A DNA stretch of 64,000 bases from Heptranchias perlo. Its lineage: Eukaryota. Position 1 is the stretch's first letter, and each line of letters starts with the position of its first letter. The notes under the pieces are model-generated. The model was given only the letters and a program-made list of their open reading frames with translations, searched no databases and was not told where the DNA came from. The translations under genes and the position numbers were made by a program. The DNA lies in assembly GCF_035084215.1 (NCBI RefSeq), contig NC_090345.1, positions 42,718,001 through 42,782,000 on the forward strand, in the 5' to 3' direction. Below are positions 36,428-50,742 of the stretch, in pieces.

Positions 36428-37439
36428 TGTAGCACCAGCCTGTTATCACCACGAGAGACTGCATTCATTTTTCGTACACTGCCAAGTGGTATAATGTCCC
36501 GATTCTTATAAAGCATGTTTCTTCTCACTTGCCATAAGCAACGCCACAGGAGATCAACTAGTACATGGTTAAACATTGTTTTGTTTTATTGGTGCTTGGT
36601 TAGGCTATGTATCTACTGGTCGACTTGCTGGCACGAATAAGTCATGTAGAAGTTGGTTTGCCTGTTTTTACAGGCGGAACCACTGTGATATGAGAGAGTC
36701 AATCTATATTGAAATGTGGTTTATTACTAATGGAGACCTGGGATACGACATTTTTGGCAAATGATTTGAGTCAGGTTGTTTGGGTACTTGAGCAGTCTCA
36801 CACTAGAATTTCAGTTGACTTCATTTAAACTGTATATGCTGCATTATAAATTCCTTGAAGGTGGCTTTTGAATTTTAAATAGGGCATCTTTCTCTAATGT
36901 AGCTGATCTTCTTGTGATCGATGACAGGTGTAGTCTCGTTTCCGTCACAGTTTTGATAATGGGGTCAAGCTGCAGTTTGCTCCATTCATCCACATCTTAA
37001 TAGCAGGATTAGTGCTCCCATTTAAGACACACAACATCAGAAAAATGTGATTTAATCATTTTGATACGTTATACCTTTGTTCCAATTGAGGGTACTGTAG
37101 TGCACCTGTAACTCACTTGGCTCTGCCTCTTTTCAGATTAACTTGTTTGAAACAGTGAGTGGACCTTTCACATCTGTCCAGGTCCTTTAGAGTAGCCTGT
37201 GAAATGGGGTCAGGCTGCAGGTGGCCAAACACACAGCAGCAATCTGCTCAGCCTGCCTACACTGGAAATGGCAGCCTAGGCAAGGTAGCAGGAGTGTCAC
37301 TCTGCTGGAATTTACACAGAAAAAAAATTAAATCACTTTTACTAACTAGGTAGAGTATCGTTTGATTCTACCAGCAGCATTGGAAATTAAGGATGAAGCT
37401 CCTTATTTTTGTACAATATGTTTTTATAAACTTATTTTT

Positions 37440-37830
37440 CCTCTCCAGTTATCACTCCCTCTACTGAAGGCACTGACTCATGCTGGGGTACAGTTCAACA
37501 GGTACTGGTCACCACCCGATACCTCGCTCAAGTGGTCATTCTTCATATGTGAACCTAGACAGTGGGTGTTGGCAAGCTGTTCGACAGTAGGGGGCATCAC
37601 AGCTGAGCCCGATCCTGTCCACACACGCACTTTACAGCAGGGGGAATACTGATCAGGACCTGGAACCCTGGCTGATTTTACCCTTCCCTAGCCCATGGGT
37701 GCTGAGGGCCCCTCCTGCCACCCCGGCTGAGATCAGCTAACTCAGCACAGACTGGGAATCGAATCTGGGACATTCTGGTAGGTATAGCTCAGTCAAACTC
37801 TGCCTTTACCAACTGAGCTATTGGGGAGAT
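37440..37830 (-). mobile_element. tRNA-derived SINE of a second family (related copy at ~6530-6860)
   Basis: Reverse complement starts CCCCAATAGCTCAGTTGGTAAAGGC...GATTCGATTCC. Both copies share CTGAGAT.AGC.AACTCAGCACAGAC. Confidence 0.6.
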
Positions 37831-40800
37831 GTACAATACAGTATTTTGTTTTGTAAAATTTGCTGTAGTTCATCCCATTAGCAAGAATGTTACTGTAAGG
37901 AAATACTTTAAATGTGAAATTCTTGGTCTCCTGTACCTGCACATCACTTTTTCCTTAAATACCTGTCAGCTGAATACATCTGAATTCCCAAAATGTTGAT
38001 TTGTTCATCACTGGATTTGTACATCCTTGATTTGCATTGTAAACTAGTATATTGGACAAGTTTTGCAATGTTCCTTACCAGTACAGTTTACAATCCTGGG
38101 ATTTAAATGACCACTTGAATCACTCAAGTGGCAGTCTTCTATTTGTTGTCATCTGAACTTCTTGATTAAATTAGTCTTGCAGTTTGCTCCCTGGTTTTAT
38201 CAGTCGCTTTCACATCTCCATTTCATTCTGCTAGACTTTGACAGCTACAATAATTTGCTTTTTGTTTCATAATGATTACGCTAGGCTGTATTGAATATAA
38301 GCAACTTTTTAAAACAAAAAGGCTGCCAAGTTAACTAAGTTTAGCAGCTCTTGCGTGCAAATACAAGATTTTGACTCTAATCCTAAATGAAGAATAATGT
38401 CTCTTCAGCTGTATCTTCGCTGCCTGACGTTTCTGCTCGTGCTCATTTCTGGTGGAACACCTCCCTTCTGCTGTCAGCTGGTGCCACTGCTTAATTTCTG
38501 GGCCTGGCCTCTCCCAGACCAGGGCCTGTATTTGAGGCCCAGCCATGTGTCCTGGACTGCTTCTAGCTGTACATCCTCAGTGTTCTTTTTCTCTCAGCAC
38601 AACCCCCCCCCCCCCTCCAAAAAAAAAAATTTCCCCTTGGTGTTTTCAGTACCCATCTCTCTCCTGTGCTCTGTTTCCTTCTTTTCCCCCTACTTCCAGA
38701 GCGTCCCAGCCCACTAGCCTCCATTGTGTGTGTATCATTATAAAACAGCATATCCTCTGACTCTGAGCAATGCCACGGGAGATTGTATGTGGTGCACCCC
38801 TCACGCTTGCAAAGTGTGTCACTCCTGCACCTGATTGGCTAAAATGTCATTCATAAAACAGCAACAAATCAGAACTGAACATGCTGCAAACCTAACAAGT
38901 ATGTACAAGAGCTGCAAATCAAGGTCAAGCATTCAGAAAAGAGGTATTATTGACAATAAAACCATTACCTTTAGAGTTGCCTGTTAAGTGCTTGAAATCT
39001 TAAGAAATGTTTGCCTGAAGGCCTGCATCTCTTTCAGACACCTGGGTTCTTACGCCTGTCACTGGGCCAGCTATCAGACACCCTAAATAAATAGGCTTGA
39101 TCAGGAAGTAGACTGCAGTCCCCCAAATGAACTTTTTTCAAGCACACTGGGCTACAACTGCCAGCATGCAACTGAGTTTGAACGCCACATTTCAGAGTTG
39201 GGGAGGATACGTGCAGCACACTCTGATCTACAAGGCTGACCATGTTCTGAACATGCTGGACTTGTTCGTAAGCCGTACTACTCTCCAGATCTGGCAATGA
39301 GAAGACCTGGTCCCACTAAAAACAAGAGTAATGCATAAACTTTTCAACTATATGTGAGGTAACTCTGGGAGGAAAACAATGTTAATAACTATAATACAAG
39401 GGCTTGTACTAGTAAAAATAGCATGAATACGGCTGCCATTCCATTTCATTTGTTACAGACGCAAAGCTATTTTATTTAAAGAAGAAAACAAATACTTTGT
39501 ACTGAGTGCTACTGACCTGGAGCCGAAACAGATAAGAACTTTGCAATTTGCAAACTTCCCTGAGCAAACAAGAGTTACTCTTGAGTGACCTGAGCTCGCC
39601 TTTACTTACTTAGTGAGATTTCTAAAAAATTGACTCAGCCTCTCTTTAGCAGAACACTACATTGTATATTACATGGCATAACACTTTTGTCCTTATAAAT
39701 CCATTTAAAATCCAACTTCTGTGAGCAATTGTGTGCACACGCACGTGCGAACATAGTGTGTTGTAGAGAATTGAACCTGCTATTCTCACCATCAGTCTCT
39801 GGAACAACTCGACCCTTAGCCTCAATGTTCAGAAAGCCTCTGCTTACCTCAAGTGCTGGACTTTGCCATTCCCAGTTGCCAAATAACAGGAAACCAAACC
39901 CGCTCCATCCCTGCTTCAACTAGGCCCTTGTGTCCCACTCTTGCTCCTACTGTACCCAACAGCTCTGTTCCTTGATCCATGTTGCATTGCCTGAGCAAAA
40001 GTTTTACTCCTCTGCATGTGCATCGTTCCTATCCAACTGCTCCACTTCCTGATCTATGTCCCAGAATAATCATGAGCGACACCAGGGAGATCTACTGATT
40101 AAATATAAAAAAACCACATTCATTGTGCTGGACTGGTCTTCACAAAACTCAAAGTAATGTCTGATTGTGGTAAGATTTGATTTGAAAATTGTGCAAATCA
40201 AACACCAGAGTTCCTTTCCCCCGTTTACAAATATTTACATTTCTAAGATGGGGTGTCAGTATTGTACTTCGAACTAGAGACTGAAATTTTATGTTTGCCT
40301 AACTTTGTTAGCAATGAGAATACTCTCCAGTATTTATCTCAGTAATATGTATTTTTCTATAATGTATAGGCAAATTGCCAGGTGTCTTCGATTCCTACCA
40401 CTTGGAACTTTATTGAACACTGATCACAATTAGGCACTAAAAGAAATTGGTTTTGTTTACAAGTAGGCCCAAAAAAATTGGTCAGTTTGTGATGGGCATA
40501 AATACCACTTCAAGACTTGCACATGGGGAAGGCAGCTTGTGGGTGGAGCAAAATTGCTGTTGCACAGTTACCCTTTGTAACACTTAAAACTCATTAGTGT
40601 AGCAAGAAAAGCTTGTTGTCTTTACTCTCGTGTCTCCTCTCTTCCCTATGTGATTGTGTTGAAAGATAGCAAACATGCACAGTACATATATTGTAGACCC
40701 TTAGTCAGGTACCTGCATTTGGAATCCATATAATCATTATATGACATTTGTACAGCTACTATTGGACTAAATGCATTGTGAAAATCCTGGGAAATTAATT

Positions 40801-41347
40801 CTGAAGATAACATTTATTTAGATACTAATGAGTATAACATTTATTATGTTTAAATTGACAAAAATATCAACTTGAAGTTGATGCACATTCAATTGAAAAC
40901 TAACTTGTTTGGGTTCTTTTCCATTGTGCGCATCTCTCATTTTTCAGTATTGCTGTGTTGTGTAGTCTTGCTATGCATCACTGTGTTTCTTTTTAATTCA
41001 GCATTGATGCTGTTGCTGTTTTGGTCCTCAGCATATGGCATAGTGTGATGTGAGTATTACCAAGTCTTAGATTTCTTGACACCGTATTTACTCTTCAGCC
41101 TCGGGAATTTGAATCGGGTCCAAATTCTTAGTTTGTATTTTAATTCAAATGTAAGCAGTGTTTTTTTTTCCCCGACATCGCTCAAAAATCTTGCAGCTAA
41201 GCTTGTGTAAACCACGCTCTCTGCCTAACGTGTCAGGTACTTTGTTCGGCAGGTACTTTAGAAAGCTGTGTAAATGTTAGCAATTTTTCTGCACGGGAGG
41301 TGATTTTGCTGCAGTAACAATGATTTTTTTTTCTTCTGATCATTTAG

Positions 41348-41482
<135 letters not shown>

Positions 41483-41508
41483 TAATATCTCTTGCCTTCA
41501 ATGTTTAG

Positions 41509-41540
41509 TGTTCGCTTGGCAAGCCACTATAATGGGACCT
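41509..41540 (+). CDS. UBE2D1: UBE2D1 coding exon 3
   Basis: gtttag|TG TTC GCT TGG CAA GCC ACT ATA ATG GGA CCT|gtgagt = (M)FAWQATIMGP; 32 nt. Confidence 0.96.
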
Positions 41541-41555
41541 GTGAGTAGCTCATAA

Positions 41556-41965
<410 letters not shown>

Positions 41966-42654
41966 TGAATCCTTTTCATGTTCGTAATGTGTCCTTTTAG
42001 TTTTGTACTTTCAATAAACTTTTTTGTTCAAAGTAAACACTTGAAAACTGAAGGACACCAGTTGAAATTTAGAGACCTGGTTTCAAACTAAGCTCAGACT
42101 AATGAGAGATGTCCTCTGATATCTTGCCAGCCTCAATTCACCCCCTTGATGGTTCTTTAGTCACAGAATATAAATTTGGCATTCAACTGGCAAGGCTACT
42201 TACTGAGGCCACATTGACACCTGGTATAAGAGGAGGAAAGGTCACATTAATGTTCAGAGGTTTAAGGCGCATGTTGGAGCAGAATGGGGGGGAGATTTTA
42301 CTTTGGAAATTCGATCCGTGCTGTACCTGATCTGGCATGAATTGGTACGAGGGCCGTAGACACTGAGGATTATCAAAAGAATGAAGGGGGAAGTTATAGG
42401 ACTATTTCCCAGAGTTATTAGAAGATGGAGTGCTTTACCATAAATAGCTATTGAGGCAGAAACTAAAGTATTACTTAGAGCAGAGTCAGATGGAGAAAGA
42501 AAATAGAAAAGGAATAAAGGGATCAGGAACTGGGATTACAGTAGATTGCCCTGGTGAATGTTCTAGCACAGGCACAATGGGCGAAATGCCTCCTGTGCTA
42601 AATTTCTTTTATTATAGACCTGACTTGAGGGTCTTTCATTTTTATTCTCCTATT

Positions 42655-43012
42655 CACTGCAATATTGAGAGAGTGCTGCATTGTTGGAGGTGCCATCTTT
42701 CAGATGAGATGTTCAACCCAGGCCCTGTCTGTCCTCTGAGGTGAACGTAAAAGATCCCATGGCACTATTCGAAGAAAAGCAGGAGAGTTCTCCTGGTGTC
42801 CTTAGCCAACATTTATCCCTCAACCAAAATCATTTAAACAGAATAACTGGTCATTAATCTCATTGCTGTTTGTGAGACTGTGCTCTGCACAAATGGGCTG
42901 CCATGTTTGCCCACTTAACCACAGTGACTACACTTCAAAAGTACTTCATTGGCCGTGAAGAATTTTGGAATGTCCTGGAGACCTGAAAGCTGCTACATAA
43001 ATGCAAGCCCTT
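42655..43012 (+). mobile_element. Deu-domain SINE in UBE2D1 intron 5
   Basis: Same core and tail as 6880-7268. Confidence 0.8.
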
Positions 43013-43061
43013 TGCTTTCTTTTACACATACGGTTTTAGTCTGGTACAGTGTCTTAGTTAA

Positions 43062-43253
<192 letters not shown>

Positions 43254-44412
43254 TAAGTAATGTCTGTAGAATTGCCACCATCACGTAAGAAAACTGTTTA
43301 ATCAACTGAAAAAAAAGTTTGATAAATTTATAGCTTCATCAAAAAGGGATAAAGCTAATAAGGGATAAATGTGCTGGTAAATTGGTTAAATTGTGTGGAT
43401 GTTATAAAGCTAATTGGAGAAGTGCCTGTGAACACTATTGCTTAAATAAAGTGGAGGGAAAAAACTTTCTATTGCAAATTTGATGCACCTTCCTTTTGTT
43501 AACCTCTGGATTCTTGAAAACAGGCATTTTGGGAACCTTTGGTGCGTCTGGCTAGGCGCCATAAATTGCGATGTATTTGATTTTCACTGAGAAAAGAGTC
43601 ACACTGGTTCTGTGACTTACTGGGAGACCAGCTAAGATTTCTCCTCCCCTGAAGAGACTGACGTATGCATCAATGCTGTCCTGTCAGCCCTTCAGTGCTT
43701 CCCCCCAATGCTCATTCTTTGTCTGTGGATCTGCATTCCGTTGCAGACAATGGGAGGCCACGGGAGACTCGGTGCTGCCACCTATCTTGTTGTTTGTTTC
43801 AGAACACGGTCATTCTATCAACAAGATCAGTTCCTCTGCAGGCTCATGGCTTTCTCACACACCCGCCCACGACTTAAGCCACGGGTCCGAGGGAGAAGGC
43901 CTAAAACATTCCCCTGAACCATGGGCTCCCTAGCTACTGAGGTGAGCGCTGAAAGGTAGCGTGGACTAACTTCCAACAAACCTATTGGGAGGTCACCACA
44001 TCACTGTTTAAATGGGCTCCTGAGCCAGCTGATTCAGGTAGCATGACCAATGGAGATGAGTGCTGTTGGAGAGGATTGAGTAGGCAAATGGGGGAATGCA
44101 GAACAATCAGCATTGCAGTCATTTGGAGATTCTGTTATCTGTCTATTTTGTTTAACCACCGGGGTCCCCTCCATTATGCCAGATCCTTCTGTTAAATTTG
44201 TGTTTGAGTGCGGTGAAGCATCTGTTTAAGTGCTGAGAGCAGCATTAAATATAACAGATTTTATTCATTTAACGTGCTTTTAATAAAGTTGATCTGTTCG
44301 AAATCTTTTAAGGTAGAGCTGTTCAAACCCATGGACTTATGAAAATGATATATAGGATTTAAATTAAGTGTTTTGCGCTATGTTCATGTTGCTTTTTTTT
44401 AACTTTTGGTAG

Positions 44413-44458
44413 ATACAACAAGCAAGCAAGAGAATGGACTCAGAAGTATGCAATGTAG
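44413..44458 (+). CDS. UBE2D1: UBE2D1 coding exon 7 to stop
   Basis: ttggtag|A TAC AAC AAG CAA GCA AGA GAA TGG ACT CAG AAG TAT GCA ATG TAG = YNKQAREWTQKYAM*. Exons total 444 nt (147 aa). The D1 paralogue assignment rests on adjacency to CISD1 and TFAM plus the LQRD, TKIY and DKEK residues. Confidence 0.96.
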
Positions 44459-45899
44459 AATTGGTGTCAGTTGTACTACAACCATCACGAGATGAAAAAG
44501 TGGCAACATTTTTTTCCAATTGGAACCCATGCAGTTCACAATAAATATTCATTGTGGGTGATGAGTATTGTAAATTTTCTTTAGTTGAAACAGTGCAAAT
44601 AGAAAACATGCTCATCGTGTCTATACTCAAAACTACAAACTATTTTTGCAGGAATTGTCAAATGAGCAATGGGGCAAGTAGTTTACTAATTAAATGCCAC
44701 ATGCTGTTTTTTTCTCCCCCTGTTCTGACAAGCATTCCAATGCTAATCCTGATCTCAGTTCCCTGGTAAAATGGCTTTGTAATTCTATGCATTACATTTT
44801 TGTCTGGCATTAACAAACACCACGTTTTCTGAGATCATTTTCTTTTTACTTTGCTGCACTTGTTCCAAAATATGTGTAAAACATGGGAATAACCTGGTTG
44901 CCATCAGTGATTGCTGTTGCCAAATACTGACAGATGTAAATAATGACCCGCCCATTATAGCTGCATTCAACTCATTTACTGGAAGTGAAGGAGATGCATC
45001 ATTCCGATGTTTATACTTCGAGTCAGTTTTTTAACTCGTGCAATTAATTGGATCACTCAGCAAGCCTTGTACTACGGTCCATCAAATATTGTATCATACA
45101 GATTGAAAATTACCCCTTGTTACCATGTCACAATTGTAATAGTTATTTTCATCTAGTTTCAAATGTCTTTTCATTAGGGGATAATTGTAAGTGTATATGG
45201 TGATGGTGCTGGCTGTTTATATTTGACATATATACAGTGTAACCGCTGGTAAAATGTACCCGTGCGTATTTTCCATTACACTGATCACAAAATCGATTTT
45301 CCCCCCTCTCCTGCTCTGTTGGCCTTGCTTGCCTGTGTTTATCTAATTTTAAGTAACATTGCCATTGTGAATGGTCTTAACATTAAACGGTAAATGAAAT
45401 CACAACCAATTTTTCAGTTAGGTGGATTCCTTAAGCTTTAACCACTGTTGCAGAGACAATTTAGGAGGCATTTTGTCTTTAAAATTTTTGTGGATTATTT
45501 GAAATAGGTAGAATCATGGAAAACAATTTATTTCACATCATGAATTGTATGATGCTTATGAAAAATGAATTCACAACTGAACTGTTAGCTTCAGACTTAT
45601 GTATCAAATGTTACTGCAAAATGCACCTTTTAGCTAAACAGCAAACTGAACTGTTGCACTTGTAATTAAAATGGTTGGAATGTGTTACCAGCACTTTGTT
45701 TAAAAAAAAATCCTCACACTAATTTTTCTGCTTCAGCGACTGACTGTCTTAAAGATATTTATCCTTGCTGAAACATATAGAAGTTTGCATTTTTGATTTT
45801 ACTTCAAGAAATATGCATGTCTTTTTATGTGTTCCATCCCTTACCCTTGTCAGAAGTCTGTTTTCTGAGCATTTCAGAATGCTTTGTTCAGAAAATGGT

Positions 45900-46076
45900 A
45901 AGGTTAATGTTTCAGGTCTTATAACCCTTTGTCAGAACCCTCTGAGGTAGGGTTATCAGACCTGAAACACTAACCCAACCTTCCTCTCTCCACAGGTGCT
46001 ACCTGACCTGCTGAGTGTTTCCATAATATTCCATTTTTTATTTCAGATTTTCAGCATCTGCAGTATTTTGCTTTGT
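45900..46076 (+). mobile_element. Penelope-like end fragment with a short inverted duplication, downstream of the UBE2D1 stop
   Basis: Same tail as 36330-36420. GGTTAATGTTTCAGGTCTTATAACCCT pairs with AGGGTTATCAGACCTGAAACACTAACC. Confidence 0.65.
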
Positions 46077-49037
46077 TCAGACTTATGTCCACAGTGGCTG
46101 GCCCATGATGTACGGAAGCTGGATTAAATTGTCAACTAGTCGCATTCAAAAAAAGCTTATTTTTTATGGCAATGTCGCTGCCCGTTTTAGTTCGGCTTTT
46201 CATAGTATTATCTCTGGGCTGAAAATGCAAAGCAATGAAACGGGAAAGGAGTTTCTTGTAAAAGCAACACAAGGAGGAGGCTTCGCTCCGCTTCTGATGG
46301 ATGTTAATTGTGGATCTCTGTGGTTTTAAAACACTTGTTGGTGAAACCTAAAAATCACAAGACATCATCTTTCATTTTTTTTTTGTCCAAATAAAAGAGT
46401 TCACAAAATTAGTCAAAGTTGGGAACTGTTCTTTGCTAAACCAGTTTTAAGTTTGTATTCTATGTATTTCGTCTGTGTGTGTTTATCCTGGTGTGTTAAT
46501 ATTGGTATTTCTGCTAGTTTCTGACGTCGTAGTAAAAGCTGATGCCTTTTGGAATTTTCAAACTATGCATGTTTTTTTTTATTTTATTCGTTCACGGGAT
46601 GTGGGCGTCGCTGGCGAGGCCAGCATTTATTGCCCATCCCTAATTGCCCTCGTACTGTGATAGCTGCAAAAAAAAATGTTTCGAACAAAAAATAGAAAAA
46701 TAGAACTTGAAATCTTGTGACTTTGCCATATTTTGGTGCGCCAAACCTATTGCAATTCTCAACGAGTTAATCTTTTGCTCGTGGAAACGTTGGGCATCTT
46801 ACCAAAGGAAAGTAGTTGTAGCAGTCTGAATCTGTTGGTTGGAATGTCATTTTGAAATTTGACACCTGGGTCTTTCAAAAACATTACTTCCCATGGATCT
46901 TTCTAGTATTTATCGCTTTCAGGTGCACTGTAGGGAAATTATTGTAGTTCCTGGATATTTGATTAATAAGTTAGAGCTGAATAGAATATTAATCCTTTCA
47001 GAAAGTCCTTTAAGTTTATACTTTGGATGAAAGAATTCATTTAGATCAATTTTGTATATTTTAATTTTTTTGTATTAATTGTATTTTGTCTGTAAAGATT
47101 TGATTTTTACAAGATGATTGCACATATGACTAATGAAATTCCATCTGGGATTAGAACAGGGGCGTTGTGCAGATTAGAGAATGTTTTCTCATCGTGGTTG
47201 CATAGAGGCTTCGGAGGCACATACAAAGTTTCAATCCATGTTCCAATTTATTTGCATAGCTCTCCAGTTGCTGATATGAACATATATTGGTGTTCTGATT
47301 TAAGATTTATCTACCAATGAGCCCTAAGGCCCCAAAATTCAAATGGAAGAAGCCAGTGAATAGTAAATATAAGCACAAACGAGACTGACTTACCTGGGCT
47401 TCAAGGGTTGCATATCAGCCATCCCTGGACTAGTTGAAAGGACTTAACCAAAGTACAGCGGCATAAGGACCAAACTCTCAGTGAGTTATAGATGCTTTGT
47501 ACCAATAAATGCTTGAATCTTGGGATGTTGTCGTTGATGCTTAACATTGGGCGAACAGCTTCACTTCCAACCTCTCACATCATCCTGACTGCGACATATG
47601 TTGCCATCCCTTTAAAGTATCAATATCCTGGAATTTCCTACCTAATACCAGTGTGAGGGTACTACCATCATGGGACAGCAACAGTGCAAGGGGAAGATCC
47701 ACCACCACCACAACAGGGGATAGGCAATAAATGCTGGCCTTGCCAATGGAATCTCGAATCTCGAATCCCAAGACATTATTATAATGTCCTGCTAGTAATA
47801 GAGGAATGAAGAAACCTGTATTAGTAATTAAACATTCTAGTTTAAGTCTTCCTCAAAGCTGGTTCCATTGTTTAAATAACTGTTGAAACCTAACCTATTA
47901 AATTGTCAATGACAGGTCCAGCAGCACAGTTGTAAATGTTGAGGGGCAGAAAGCCTAATTCTATTTCAAAGTGCTTCATTCACTCACCAATATCTCGGCT
48001 CATATCAAACTCGATCTATAAATCTATTTACATATGTGATTTATTTGGAGTTTAGCCTGAAATCCTATATTAATGCAAAGTGCAAAATTCAGACAGACCT
48101 GCAATTGGGGGGGGGGGGGGGGGGGTGCCAGGTTAAAACTGGCCAGTATTCCAATCAAATGGCACCTTGGTATGGTGCCCATTATTGGCCACTTATGGAG
48201 ATATTCAAACCCTGCTGGCCATGTAGAGAATAATCACAAGAGTGATGGAAAATTCATCTTAGCCTCTCATCATCTTACTTAAATTAAGAAATAATAGAAC
48301 AAGAACAGGCCATTTTGTTCAAGTGTATTCCTTTCTACACACTATCATAGTGTTTATCCAGTTTATTTGTTTTCCTAATGGAAGTGAAATAGTCAGATAT
48401 AAGCCTCCCAAAAGGCTAATGCTCTGCAAGATTGCTCTGTGTCTCGCCCCAAATTTAATAAAACAAAATCACAAACTACATTATTCAACACCGACCTGTT
48501 CCACACAGCAGAAGATGTTTTCATCAACCCTGCAGGACTGAAACTATAAACGTGTTTTCAAATCCCTGCCCTAAAGCCCCAAAACTGGGGTGCAGATGGG
48601 TAGAAATAACAGCCGTCTTTTGCTGTGGTTTCCACCCTTTTGATAACCTTGTTCACCCTCTCAAAACTGTTCATAATTTTGAAAAACGTTAAGATTCCCC
48701 CTTAGCCTTTTCTTTCAATCCCCAATTTTCAAGTAATTCTCCATAATTATAATGTTTCATTCTTGGTATCATTCTAGTTACTCTTCACTGCACCTTCCAT
48801 GGCTCTAATATCCTTCCTAAAATTGGGTGTCCTGAACTGCATGCAATAATCCAACTAAGGCCTAACCAATGTCTTGTACCAATTTAACATTGCTTCCTTA
48901 CTTTTATATTCAATGCCCCTATATATAAAACCCAGTTCCATTTACCTTTTTTATGGTATTTTCTACCTGCACTCTTAACTTTAAAGATCTATGTATTTGT
49001 ACCGAGATCTCTCTGTTCCTCCACTCCGTTAAAAATA

Positions 49038-49510
49038 ATGGCCCAGAATTTTCTGTCAAAACAATGGTGAGGTTAACAACGTTCACCATTATTTTAGCGC
49101 AAATCGCACAGCAACTTCAGGCGAGGGCAGATGCGCGGGTTAAATGTGAAAATCCGAAAGTTGCTGTCCAAGATGCGCCGCTCTGCCATTAGCTTCGTGA
49201 AAACAGCGCCTCACTGTGTGACTCACCATTCAAATGCATCGAGCAGCATGAATTTCCTGTACATGTGTGGTAGATACAAACTAAACTCGCCACAGAAAGC
49301 TGGGGCTTGTCAATTCTTCAATCTGATTGGTTAAGGAGATGCACAGTTGCTTGCCCTGTTCACTCAGAGCCCAGATGCCCTGTAGAGGGTGCCGCACTGT
49401 TTCCATCTCCCACTTTCAGCAACTTGCAGTACAAAGTCTCATGGAGATTAAATGGGCAAGGGCAAGTGCGGGTGCCGTTCGTTGACCGGCTACAGCAAAT
49501 TCTGGGCCAT
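49038..49510. mobile_element. MITE / non-autonomous DNA transposon inserted in a CR1 fragment
   Basis: Terminal inverted repeats ATGGCCCAGAATTTTCTGT and ACAGCAAATTCTGGGCCAT (18/19 match). Flanking CR1 sequence (~48640-49690) resumes on both sides. Confidence 0.8.
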
Positions 49511-49699
49511 CACCATTTAGAGTACGTTTTTACTCTGTTTCTGCAAAATGGAAGCTATCTCACATTTCTCTGCATCGAACTCCATCTGCCACCTATCCAC
49601 TAACCTGCCAGTCTTCCTCAGTTTTCCATGCTCTCCAATTCAGCATCATCAGCAAAGTTCAAAATTGTTCCTCTTGTGCCTATTTCCAAATCAACAAAC

Positions 49700-50525
49700 A
49701 TTCAAACATACGAATTAAGAGCAGGAATAGGCCATTCGGCCCCTCGAGTCTGCTCTACCTTTTGATAAGATCATGCCTGATCTGATTGTGACCTCAACCG
49801 TACTTTCCCGTCTACCTACTATAACCTTTGACTCCCTTGTTAATCAGGAATCTATCTAACTCAGCCTTAAAATAGTCAATGACCCTGCCTCCACCGCTGT
49901 CTGGGGAGGGGAGTTCCACAGACTCACGACCCACTGAGATTAAAAAATTTCTCCTCATCTCTGTCTTAAATGGGAGACCCCTTATTTTTAAATTGTGGCC
50001 CCTAGTTCTAGTCTCTCCCACAAGGGGAAACGTTCTCTCAGCATCTACCCCTTCAAGTCCCTTCAGGATCTTATATGTTTCAATAAGATCTCTTCTCATT
50101 CTTCTAAACTCTAATGTATACAGGCCCAACTTGTCCAACCTTTCCCCATAAGATAACCCCCTCATCCCAGGAATCAGTCAAGTGAACCTTCTCTGAACTG
50201 CCTCTAAAGCAATGATGTCCTTTCTTAAATAAGGAGACCAAAACTGCACACAGTATTCTAGATGTGGTCTCACCAATGCCCTGTACAACTGTAGCAAAAC
50301 ATCTCTACTTTTATATTCCATTCCCCTTGCAATAAATGACAACATTTCATTTTCCTTCCTAATCACTTGCTGTATCTGCATACCAACTTTTTGTGATTCA
50401 TGTACTAGGACACCCAGATCCCTCTGTACCTCAGAGTTCTGCAATCTCTCTCCATTTAAATAATAAACTGCTTTTCTATTCCTCCTGCCAAAGTGGACAA
50501 GTTCACATTTTCCCACATTATACTT
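49700..50525 (-). mobile_element. CR1-type LINE 3' end, relatively young
   Basis: Two near-intact peptides (YNVGKCELVHFG...RPHLEYCVQFWSPY; GLSYGERLDKLGLYTLE) plus the tail. Confidence 0.92.
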
Positions 50526-50559
50526 CTTATAAATCATTTAATAAATGGAACAAGAAAAA

Positions 50560-50742
50560 AGAAAGACTTTCATTTATGTAGCCCCTTTCACAGCCTCAGG
50601 ACGTCCCAAAGCACTTTACAGCCAATGAAGCACTTTTTGAAGTGCAGTCACTAGTAATGTAGGAAACGCGGCTGCCAATTTGCGTACAGCAAGGTCTCAC
50701 AAACAGCAATGAGATAAATGACCAGATAATCTGTTTTAGCTG
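50560..50742 (-). mobile_element. Deu-domain SINE 3' fragment
   Basis: AAGACTTTCATTTATGTAGC...AATGACCAGATAATCTG, as in 58530-58710. Confidence 0.75.

Noticed and set aside
41243-41254. 12-bp match TGTTCGGCAGGT to UBE2D1 exon 2, considered as a duplicated exon
   Set aside because: The similarity does not extend and there is no suitable acceptor or frame.
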